Shown: piece after piece, positions 44,676 through 52,248 of the stretch
How positions within the stretch are numbered: the first letter of the stretch is position 1
How the letters are laid out: every line of letters starts with the position of its first letter
Source: Gemmatimonadota bacterium
GTDB lineage: Bacteria; Gemmatimonadota; Gemmatimonadetes; Gemmatimonadales; GWC2-71-9
Direction: 5' to 3'
Assembly: GCA_041486305.1 (NCBI GenBank)
Contig: JBGPLG010000001.1
Span: forward strand, 84,429-148,428
Length of the DNA stretch: 64,000 nt
Program-made: the position numbers and the translations under genes
Notes under the pieces: generated by a model
Told to the model about the DNA's origin: nothing
Database searches by the model: none
Seen by the model: the letters and a program-made list of their open reading frames with translations, nothing else

Positions 44676-47299
44676 CCGTCCTCCCGGAGTGTCACCGCCG
44701 GGTCCACCCGCAGCGCGCGGCGGGTGGGAAGCCACGTCGCCAGCGCGGCGACGCCCACGAGGACTCCGGCTACGAGTACCAGGGTGACGGGGTCGCTGGG
44801 TGAAAGCCCGTAGAGGAGTTTACCCAGGAAGCGCGTGGTCGCAAGCGATGCCGCCAGGCCGACCGCGACGCCGAGGCCCACGAATCGAGACCCTTCGCCC
44901 ACGACCAGCCGTGCGATCCTGCCTCCGGTGGCGCCGAGGGCCCGGCGGAGCCCGATCTCGCGGGACCGCTGGCCGACGATGTAGGCCAGCACCCCGTAGA
45001 GTCCGATCGCCGAGAGGATCAGGGCGAGCACGGCGAGGAGGCTGAGCAGCAGCATCGGGTAGCGGCGGTCGGCGGTGGACTCCGCGAGGCGCGATTCGAG
45101 CGTCTCCACGGCGAGCACCGGGAGGGAGCGGTCTATCGCGGCGATTTCCCGGCGCACCAGCGGCGCGAGCGCCGCCGTCCCAGCGGAAACCCGGATCACG
45201 ACCGTCATGTCGGCCGGCGGCCCCTGCAGGAACGGATAGAACACCGTCGGCCGGGGATCCACGTCCAGGCCGTCGCGCCGCATGTCTCCCACGACGCCGA
45301 CGACCTCGAGGACCGTATCCGGCTCGGCCATATCGACGCGGATCCGCTGGCCGATCGGCGACGCGCCCTTGAGCACCTGCCGAGCGAAGGCCTTGCTGAT
45401 GAGGACCACGCGCGGGGCGCCCAGGCGATCGGCGGCGATGAACCCGCGACCCTGCACCAGCGGAGTCCGCATGGCGCGGAGGTATGACGCGTCGACGGTA
45501 TTCACTTCGGTGACCGCGGCCTGGCCCGCCGGTGGCTCGGGCTGTCCGACGATATGCACCGATGTCGCGGGCGCCAGGCCGCGCAGCGGAAGGAAGTTCA
45601 CCAGGCCCACGTCGTCCACGCTCCGAAGAGCGCCGATGCGCCGGGCCAGCTCCTCATAGAAGGCGGCCTTCTTTTCCGGCGGACCATACGCATCACCGGG
45701 GAGGCGGAGCTGGACCGTCAGGACGCTCCGGGGATCGAACCCCGGCTGCACCGAGAGCAGATTGGCGAGGGAGCGCACCGTCAGGCCCGCGCCGGTCAGC
45801 AGCATCAGGCTGAGCGCCACCTGGACCGACACCAGCGCACCGCGCAGGGTCCGGCCCCGGGGAGCCGAGCCGGCTTCGCCCCCCCTGCGGCTGAGCGGCT
45901 GGCGCAGCGAGCTCTCCCGGAGCGCCAGCGCGGGCGCCAGTCCGAACGCCAGGCCAGCCAATGCGGTGATCAGGAGGGCGAATCCCAGCACCCTGAAGTC
46001 AATGCTCACTTCCTGAAGCCGCGGAATCTGCCGCACCTGGGCATGTACCAGCGCGCGGACGCCCAGCGCCGCCGCCACGATGCCCAGCCCGCCACCCGCA
46101 GCCGCAAGCACCAGCCCTTCCACCACCATCTGCCGCAGGATCCTCCCGCGCGATGCGCCGAGGGCCGCCCGCACCGCGAGCTCGGTACGGCGCGCCAGCA
46201 CCTGACCCAGCTTGAGGTTGGCGACGTTGGCGCAGGCGATCAGCAGCACCGACGCGATGGCTCCGGCGAGCAGCAGGAGCACCGGACGCGCCCTGCCGGT
46301 GACCTGGTCCTGCAGCCCGATCACATCGGCGGTCCAGCCCGTGTTGAACTTCGGATACTCCCCCGCAAGCGAGACGGCGATGGCATGCATTTCCCGGTCG
46401 GCGGCGGCGGCGGTGACTCCTTCGCGAAGCCGGCCGATCACCATGGCGTAGCGGCCCCGGCGCACCTGCTGGCTGCTGGTGACCGCCCAGGGTTCCCAAT
46501 ACTCCTCGCCGCCCATCGGCCGGAAGCCGCGGGGCATGACGCCCACCACCCGGGCGGTCGCGTCCCGAAGCACCACGGTTCTGCCGATCACCGTGGGATC
46601 TCCGCCGAACCGGCGGAGCCAGAGCCCATGGCTCAGCACCAGCGCCACCGGCGCTCCCGGGAGCGTGTCTTCGGGCGCGAGCAGCCGTCCCAGCGCCGGG
46701 CGGACGCCAAGGGTGGGGAAGAAGTTGGTGGTGACGGCGCGCCCGTCGAGAATCTCCGGCGCGTCACCGCTGAGTGGGGCGCTGGCCCAGGTATACATCG
46801 CCAGGGACTCGAAGCTCCGGGCCCGGTCGCGCCAGTCCACGAAGTTGGCGGGCGCCACCAGATTCTCGCGGCGGTCGCGCGGGATGTTGTGCTCCCAGAC
46901 CTGGACCAGCCGGCCGGAATCGGCGTAGGGCAATGACTTGAGCAGCACCGCATCGAGCACGCTGAAGAGCGCGGTGGTGACGCCGATGCCGAGCATCAGG
47001 GTGAGGATGGCGGCGGCCGCGTACCCTGTGCGGCGCCGAAGGCCGCGCAAGGCGTACTTCACGTCCTGGGTGAAGTCGTCCCAGGCCGGCGGCGACCAGA
47101 CGGCGCGGGCGCTTTCCCGGGCCTGGGCCGTGTTCCCCACCTGGCGCCGCGCCGCGAAGCGGGCCGCTTCGGGGTCGGCGCCCTCGCGCCGCGCATCTTC
47201 GGCGGCCATCTCTTCGTGGAAACCGAGCTCGTCATTGAGATCCGCCTCGAAGCGGCCGCGACGGAGGAGGTGGAGGATGCGCCGGATGATGCTGCTCAT
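44672..47299 (-). CDS. ADOP-type duplicated MacB/FtsX permease with prefix domain (copy 5)
   Basis: Start at ATG 47299 (MSSIIRRILHLLRRGRFEADLNDELGFHEE). Prefix motif EGADPEAARFAARRQVGN, TM1 LRRRTGYAAAAILTLMLGIGVTTALFS, tail PTRRALRVDPAVTLREDG. Confidence 0.9.
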   Translation of the reverse strand: MSSIIRRILHLLRRGRFEADLNDELGFHEEMAAEDARREGADPEAARFAARRQVGNTAQARESARAVWSPPAWDDFTQDVKYALRGLRRRTGYAAAAILTLMLGIGVTTALFSVLDAVLLKSLPYADSGRLVQVWEHNIPRDRRENLVAPANFVDWRDRARSFESLAMYTWASAPLSGDAPEILDGRAVTTNFFPTLGVRPALGRLLAPEDTLPGAPVALVLSHGLWLRRFGGDPTVIGRTVVLRDATARVVGVMPRGFRPMGGEEYWEPWAVTSSQQVRRGRYAMVIGRLREGVTAAAADREMHAIAVSLAGEYPKFNTGWTADVIGLQDQVTGRARPVLLLLAGAIASVLLIACANVANLKLGQVLARRTELAVRAALGASRGRILRQMVVEGLVLAAAGGGLGIVAAALGVRALVHAQVRQIPRLQEVSIDFRVLGFALLITALAGLAFGLAPALALRESSLRQPLSRRGGEAGSAPRGRTLRGALVSVQVALSLMLLTGAGLTVRSLANLLSVQPGFDPRSVLTVQLRLPGDAYGPPEKKAAFYEELARRIGALRSVDDVGLVNFLPLRGLAPATSVHIVGQPEPPAGQAAVTEVNTVDASYLRAMRTPLVQGRGFIAADRLGAPRVVLISKAFARQVLKGASPIGQRIRVDMAEPDTVLEVVGVVGDMRRDGLDVDPRPTVFYPFLQGPPADMTVVIRVSAGTAALAPLVRREIAAIDRSLPVLAVETLESRLAESTADRRYPMLLLSLLAVLALILSAIGLYGVLAYIVGQRSREIGLRRALGATGGRIARLVVGEGSRFVGLGVAVGLAASLATTRFLGKLLYGLSPSDPVTLVLVAGVLVGVAALATWLPTRRALRVDPAVTLREDG

Positions 47300-47399
47300 G
47301 GGGGAGACGCGTTCTGACCGGAGATCCGGCTCAGAGCCCACGCGGCCGCGTCCCGGACCTTCGGACTCGGGTCGTGCGCCGCGCCTTCGATCGCCGCGA

Positions 47400-47744
47400 T
47401 CATGCCGGCCTCACCACGCTCCGGACCGCGGCCACCAGCTGGTCGAACGCCGAGACCTCATGGGCCAGCTGGCGACGGCCGGCCGGGGTGAGGGCGTAGT
47501 ACCGGGCTCGGCGTTTCGTGGGAGTGAGCCTCCACTCGGCGGTGACCCAGCCCTTGATCTTGAGGCGCTGGAGCGCGGGATAGAGCGAGCCTTCCTCCAC
47601 CCTGAGCGCGGCCCCGGAGAGCCGGCCGATATGCCCCGCGATGCCGTACCCGTGCATCGGCGTCACCGAGAGGGTCTTGAGGATCAGGAGATCGAGGGTT
47701 CCGGGGAGGAGCTCGACCCGGAGCGGATCGCGGGGGGCAGCCAT
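47400..47744 (-). CDS. PadR family transcriptional regulator (acidobacterial-type)
   Basis: MAAPRDPLRVELLPGTLDLLILKTLSVTPMHGYGIAGHI...KRRARYYALTPAGR. Confidence 0.9.
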   Translation of the reverse strand: MAAPRDPLRVELLPGTLDLLILKTLSVTPMHGYGIAGHIGRLSGAALRVEEGSLYPALQRLKIKGWVTAEWRLTPTKRRARYYALTPAGRRQLAHEVSAFDQLVAAVRSVVRPA

Positions 47745-47749
47745 AGCGC

Positions 47750-47778
47750 CTCAATACATAGTGAGTCTATGGATTGAG
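47750..47778. promoter_or_regulatory. 12-5-12 inverted repeat (11/12), candidate PadR operator
   Basis: CTCAATACATAG - TGAGT - CTATGGATTGAG, 6 nt upstream of the padR ATG. Extra CTATGG/CCATAG copies lie at 47741-47746 (over the start codon) and 47782-47787. Confidence 0.5.
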
Positions 47779-47837
47779 AATCTATGGTCAACCGAGCGCC
47801 CCGTCAAGCCGGGGGCCCACCGCCCTACATTTCGGCC

Positions 47838-48998
47838 ATGCCGGCCTCCGCCCACCGCTGCTTTGCCGTCACCCCGCCCGGGATCGAGGCCATCACCGCC
47901 TCCGAGCTGGTGGCGCTGGGCATCGCGCCGCTCAAGACCGAGCCGGGAGGCGTGGAATTCGAGGCGACTCCGGGCCAGCTCTACGCCGCCAACCTCGAGC
48001 TCCGGACGGCTACCCGGATCATCGTGCGGCTGGCCGAGTTTCCGGCCCGGGCCTTCTATGAGCTGGAACGGAAGGCCAAGCGGGTGCCCTGGGAGAAGAT
48101 CGTGGGGCGCGGCGCGCCGGTCCGGTTCCGGGTCACCTCCAGGAAATCCCGGCTCTACCATGCCGACGCCATCGCGCAGCGCTTGGGGGACGTCGTGGGC
48201 CTCGAACGGGGGGCCGTCGCAACGACGGGAAGCGGGGAGGGGGAAGCGGAGCGCGGCGACGATGCCGCGGAAGAGACCGAGACCGAGGCCCAGCTGTTCA
48301 TCGTCCGGGTCGCCCGCGATATCGTCACCATCAGTGCCGACAGCTCCGGCGCCCTCCTGCACCGGCGCGGGTACCGCCTGGCCGGCGCCAAGGCGCCACT
48401 CCGGGAGACTTTCGCCGCCGCGATGCTGCTGGGCGCCGGCTACGACGGCACGGCGGCGCTGGCCGACCCGTTCTGTGGCTCCGGCACCATTCCCATCGAG
48501 GCGGCATTGCTGGCGCGACGGATCGCGCCGGGGCGGCACCGGACTTTCGCCTTCGAGCGGTGGCCGGACTTCGATCCGGTGACGTGGGATGGGCTCAAGG
48601 CACGGGCCGTGGCGCGGGAGCTCCTCGCGGCTCCCGCCCCGATCGCAGGCAGCGACCGCGACGCCGGCGCCATCGGCGCTGCGGAAGCGAATGCGGCTCG
48701 CGCCGGGGTGGCGCGGGACATCGTGTTCCGGACCGAGGCGGTCTCGGCGATGAAACCGCCCGCGGCCGCCGGCCTGCTCGCCACCAATCCTCCCTATGGC
48801 ATCCGGGTGGGTCAGGGGATGGATCTCCGCGATCTCTACGCCCGGCTCGGCGCCCTGGTGCGGGACCGGTGGAGCGGGTGGGGCATCGCCATCCTGGTCG
48901 CCGGCCCGATGCCCGAACGGGAGATGGGTCTCCCCCTCGCGCCGCGGTGGGATTCGAACAACGGCGGGATTCCGATCCGCCTCCTCATTCGCAGCTGA
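47838..48998 (+). CDS. THUMP-domain class I SAM-dependent RNA methyltransferase (RlmL/RlmK-like)
   Basis: THUMP-like N-terminus (ANLELRTATRIIVRL), SAM motif I DPFCGSGTIPIEA and catalytic NPPYG. Start set at ATG 47838 (MPASAHRCFAV). Confidence 0.82.
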   Translation: MPASAHRCFAVTPPGIEAITASELVALGIAPLKTEPGGVEFEATPGQLYAANLELRTATRIIVRLAEFPARAFYELERKAKRVPWEKIVGRGAPVRFRVTSRKSRLYHADAIAQRLGDVVGLERGAVATTGSGEGEAERGDDAAEETETEAQLFIVRVARDIVTISADSSGALLHRRGYRLAGAKAPLRETFAAAMLLGAGYDGTAALADPFCGSGTIPIEAALLARRIAPGRHRTFAFERWPDFDPVTWDGLKARAVARELLAAPAPIAGSDRDAGAIGAAEANAARAGVARDIVFRTEAVSAMKPPAAAGLLATNPPYGIRVGQGMDLRDLYARLGALVRDRWSGWGIAILVAGPMPEREMGLPLAPRWDSNNGGIPIRLLIRS

Positions 48999-49004
48999 GT
49001 CGCC

Positions 49005-49907
49005 CTAACCGGCGTTCATCTCTCCCGCGATCCTCTCGAGCAGCGCCTTGGTCTTCGCCACGCCTTCCCGCTCGCCGAGCCGATCTCCCTCGAACTCGAT
49101 GCCCATCCAGGAATGGAATCCGGCGCGGGTGACGATCCGCATCATGCGTCGGTAGTCGATGGTGGTTTCCTCGCCCCGGTCGTCGAAGTCGTAGGTCTTG
49201 GCGCTCACCGCCTTCGCGTACGGCATCATCTCCTCGACCCCCTTGTAGCGGTCGTAGTCGGTGAAGTTCCCGAAATCGGGGAGGGTGCCGCAGCGGGGGT
49301 GGTTCACCAGCTTCATCACGCCGGCCAGCCAGTCACCATGGGACGACAGGTCTCCATGGTTTTCGACGATGACGTTGATCTCGCGCGAGGCGCCATATTC
49401 GGTGAGGCGGCGTAGCCCGTCGGCGCAGAGCTTCTGCTGTTCCGCGGGCTGGCCCTCGCTCTCGGCGTTGACCCGGATGGTGAAGCAGCCCAGGGTCCGG
49501 GCCGCGTCGACCCACTTCTTGTGGTTTTCCACCGCCTGGGTGCGGAGCGCCGAGTCGGGATCGCCGAGCCGACCCTCGACGTCGATCATGATGAGGTGCT
49601 GGAAGACGCCGTGATCCTTGGCGCGGCGATTCATCTCCGCGAGGTAGGCGGCGTCGGTGGCCTTGTCCTTGAAGAAGGTATTGACGTACTCGACCGCCCC
49701 GATGTCGAATTCGGTGCGGGCCACCCGGGCAAAATCGAGGTGGTCGAGCCGGCCTTCGTGCAGGGCCTTGTGGAACGACCACTGGGCCAGCGAAATCTTG
49801 AAGGGGGGATCGTCCTGGGCGTCCACGAACATGGGCAGCGCCATCGTCTGGGTGGCGGCGAGGGCCGCGCCGGCCAGGAAATCGCGGCGTGTCACGAGTA
49901 CTGGCAT
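49005..49907 (-). CDS. TAT-exported xylose-isomerase-like TIM-barrel protein (sugar phosphate isomerase/epimerase family)
   Basis: Twin-arginine signal [20 protein letters not shown]-endonuclease-2/TIM pattern: [28 protein letters not shown]. Confidence 0.85.
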   Translation of the reverse strand: MPVLVTRRDFLAGAALAATQTMALPMFVDAQDDPPFKISLAQWSFHKALHEGRLDHLDFARVARTEFDIGAVEYVNTFFKDKATDAAYLAEMNRRAKDHGVFQHLIMIDVEGRLGDPDSALRTQAVENHKKWVDAARTLGCFTIRVNAESEGQPAEQQKLCADGLRRLTEYGASREINVIVENHGDLSSHGDWLAGVMKLVNHPRCGTLPDFGNFTDYDRYKGVEEMMPYAKAVSAKTYDFDDRGEETTIDYRRMMRIVTRAGFHSWMGIEFEGDRLGEREGVAKTKALLERIAGEMNAG

Positions 49908-49979
49908 GGACCGGCCCCCTCTCTCGTCGGCGCCCCAAGTCTACCCCGCCCGCCCGGCGGAGGATAGCTTCCCACACTC

Positions 49980-51125
49980 ATGCCGCCATCGCTCGGAATC
50001 GGCCTCATCGGCCAACAGTTCATGGGCCGGGCCCACAGCAACGCCTGGGGCCAGGTCGGCAAGTTCTTCGATCTTCCGGTGGTGCCCCGGCTGGTGGCGA
50101 TCAGCGCGCGAGACGCCGCCACGCTGGGACCCTTCGCGCTGCGCTGGGGCTTCGAGCGCTACACCACCGACTGGCGCCTCCTGGCCCACGATCCCGAGAT
50201 CCAACTGGTAGACGTGGCCACGCCCAACCACGTGCACGCCGAGCAGGCGGTCGCGATGCTCGAGGCGGGGAAACACGTGGCCTGCGAGAAGCCGCTGGCC
50301 GGCACCCTGGCCGACGCCCGCGCGATGCGCGATGCCGCAAAACGCTCCAGGGCCAAGACCTTTGTCTGGTTCAATTACCGTCGCTGCCCGGCGATCGGCC
50401 TCGCGTGGGGCCTGATTCGCGATGGTGCGCTCGGTACCATCCACCATGTGCGGGCGCACTATCTGCAGAGCTGGGGCGGCAAGGAGACGCCGCTCCTGTG
50501 GCGGTTCAAGAAGGGACCGGCCGGCTCCGGCGCGCACGGAGACCTCAACGCCCACAGCGTCGACCTGGCGCGGTTCCTCTCGGGACAGGAGGTCGTCTCG
50601 GTGGACGGCGCGGTGGCGCGGACCTTCATCGGCCGGAGGAAGATCCCCGGCTCCCGGAAGACCGGCCGGAGCACGGTGGACGACGCGACCCTCTTCCTGG
50701 CCACCATGTCCGGCGGCGCGGTGGCGAGCTTCGAATGCTCCCGGGTCGCCACCGGGCACCTGAACGACAACACCATCGAGCTCAACGGAGAGCGGGGCGG
50801 CATCCGGTTTTCCTTCGAGGACATGAACGTGCTCTGGAACTTCGACGCCACCCTCCCCAAGGGCACCCAGGGGTGGCGCCGGATCATGGCCAGCGCCGCC
50901 GGGGAGCACCCCTACGTGGCCAACTGGTGGCCTGAAGCCCACCTGCTCGGCTACGAGCACACCTTCGTGAACATGGCGGCCGATGTGCTTCGGGTGCTGG
51001 GGCGGCGACGGCCCGAGCTGCCGCTGCCCGACTTTGCCGACGCCTACGAAACCCAGCGAGTGCTCGAGGCGGCGATGCTCAGTGCGAAGGAGCGCTGCGC
51101 GGTGCCGATGCGGGAGGTGCGATGA
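49980..51125 (+). CDS. Gfo/Idh/MocA family oxidoreductase
   Basis: N-terminal Rossmann GIGLIGQQFMGRAHSNAW and the EKP motif in HVACEKPLA. 381 aa. Confidence 0.9.
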   Translation: MPPSLGIGLIGQQFMGRAHSNAWGQVGKFFDLPVVPRLVAISARDAATLGPFALRWGFERYTTDWRLLAHDPEIQLVDVATPNHVHAEQAVAMLEAGKHVACEKPLAGTLADARAMRDAAKRSRAKTFVWFNYRRCPAIGLAWGLIRDGALGTIHHVRAHYLQSWGGKETPLLWRFKKGPAGSGAHGDLNAHSVDLARFLSGQEVVSVDGAVARTFIGRRKIPGSRKTGRSTVDDATLFLATMSGGAVASFECSRVATGHLNDNTIELNGERGGIRFSFEDMNVLWNFDATLPKGTQGWRRIMASAAGEHPYVANWWPEAHLLGYEHTFVNMAADVLRVLGRRRPELPLPDFADAYETQRVLEAAMLSAKERCAVPMREVR

Positions 51126-51138
51126 AAGAGGCTAAGCG

Positions 51139-51170
51139 GCTACGACGCTACGACGCTACGACGCTACGAC
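51139..51170. repeat. 8-bp tandem repeat (GCTACGAC) x4 with degenerate flanking copies
   Basis: Four perfect head-to-tail copies at 51139-51170, with partial copies at 51131-51138 and 51171-51174. It fills the intergenic gap and abuts the AGGAG RBS of the next gene. Confidence 0.9.
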
Positions 51171-51181
51171 GCTAGGAGTTC

Positions 51182-52234
51182 ATGCGACCATTGACGTTGT
51201 TTACGGGGCAGTGGGCGGATCTCCCGCTCGAAACGCTCGCGGCCAAGGCCAAGGCCTGGGGCTATGACGGCCTCGAGCTGGCCTGCTGGGGCGACCACTT
51301 CCAGGTGCAGCTGGCCCTGACCGAGCGGGGCTACGTGCGAGACAAGTGGGCGCTGCTCAAGGACCACGGCCTGCTCTGCTTCGCGCTGAGTAACCACCTG
51401 GTGGGGCAGGCGGTCTGCGACCGGATCGACGCCCGCCACCGGGCCATCGTCCCCGAACCCGTCTGGGGCGACGGTGACCCGGAGGGGGTTCGTCGCCGGG
51501 CCGCCCAGGAGATGATCGACACCGGAAAGGCCGCCCGGAAGTTCTTCGATGCGGCGCCCGCGGCGGTGAAGAAGCACCTGGCCCGGACCGGCCGCACCGT
51601 GGTCAACGGGTTCACCGGGTCTTCCATCTGGAGCCGGATCTACTCCTTCCCGCCCAACCTTCCGGGAGAGATCGACGCCGGCTTTGCCGACTTCGCGGCG
51701 CGGTGGCGGCCGATCCTGAACGCGTTCGCCAAGGCCGGCGTGTACTTCGCGCTGGAGGTGCACCCCGCCGAGATCGCGTTCGACATCGCCTCGACCCGGC
51801 GGGCCCTCGCGGCAATCCGGAACCACAAACACTTCGGATTCAACTTCGATCCCTCGCACTTCGGTTACCAGAACGTGGATTATCTTGCCTTTCTGCGCGA
51901 GTTCGGCGCCAGGATCTTTCACACCCATGTGAAGGATGTTTGGTGGAGCCCGGTGCCGACCGAGGCGGGCACCTTCGGCGGGCATACCGAGTTCGGCGCC
52001 GCCGGGCGGGCCTGGGACTTCCGCACCCCCGGCCGGGGGCTCCTCGATTTCGACGCCGTGATCCGCGCGCTGGGGCGGGTCGGATACCAGGGCCCGCTAT
52101 CGGTCGAGTGGGAAGATCCCGAGATGGACCGGGAGCATGGGGCCGCGGAAGCGGCGGCGTTCGTCCGGAGACTTGATTTCCCCGCGGCAGGCCGGGCGTT
52201 CGACGCCGCATTTTCCGAAAAGCGCAAACGGTAA
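51182..52234 (+). CDS. sugar phosphate isomerase/epimerase (xylose-isomerase-like TIM barrel), cytoplasmic
   Basis: 350 aa. Has [22 protein letters not shown] and FNFDPSHF, typical of this family. AGGAG lies 4 nt upstream of the ATG. Confidence 0.88.
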   Translation: MRPLTLFTGQWADLPLETLAAKAKAWGYDGLELACWGDHFQVQLALTERGYVRDKWALLKDHGLLCFALSNHLVGQAVCDRIDARHRAIVPEPVWGDGDPEGVRRRAAQEMIDTGKAARKFFDAAPAAVKKHLARTGRTVVNGFTGSSIWSRIYSFPPNLPGEIDAGFADFAARWRPILNAFAKAGVYFALEVHPAEIAFDIASTRRALAAIRNHKHFGFNFDPSHFGYQNVDYLAFLREFGARIFHTHVKDVWWSPVPTEAGTFGGHTEFGAAGRAWDFRTPGRGLLDFDAVIRALGRVGYQGPLSVEWEDPEMDREHGAAEAAAFVRRLDFPAAGRAFDAAFSEKRKR

Positions 52235-52248
52235 TCCTGGAGGAGTTC

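Noticed and set aside
51131-51174. A CRISPR-like or minisatellite array.
   Set aside because: The unit is only 8 bp with no spacers and there are only four perfect copies. It is a simple tandem repeat, not a CRISPR array.
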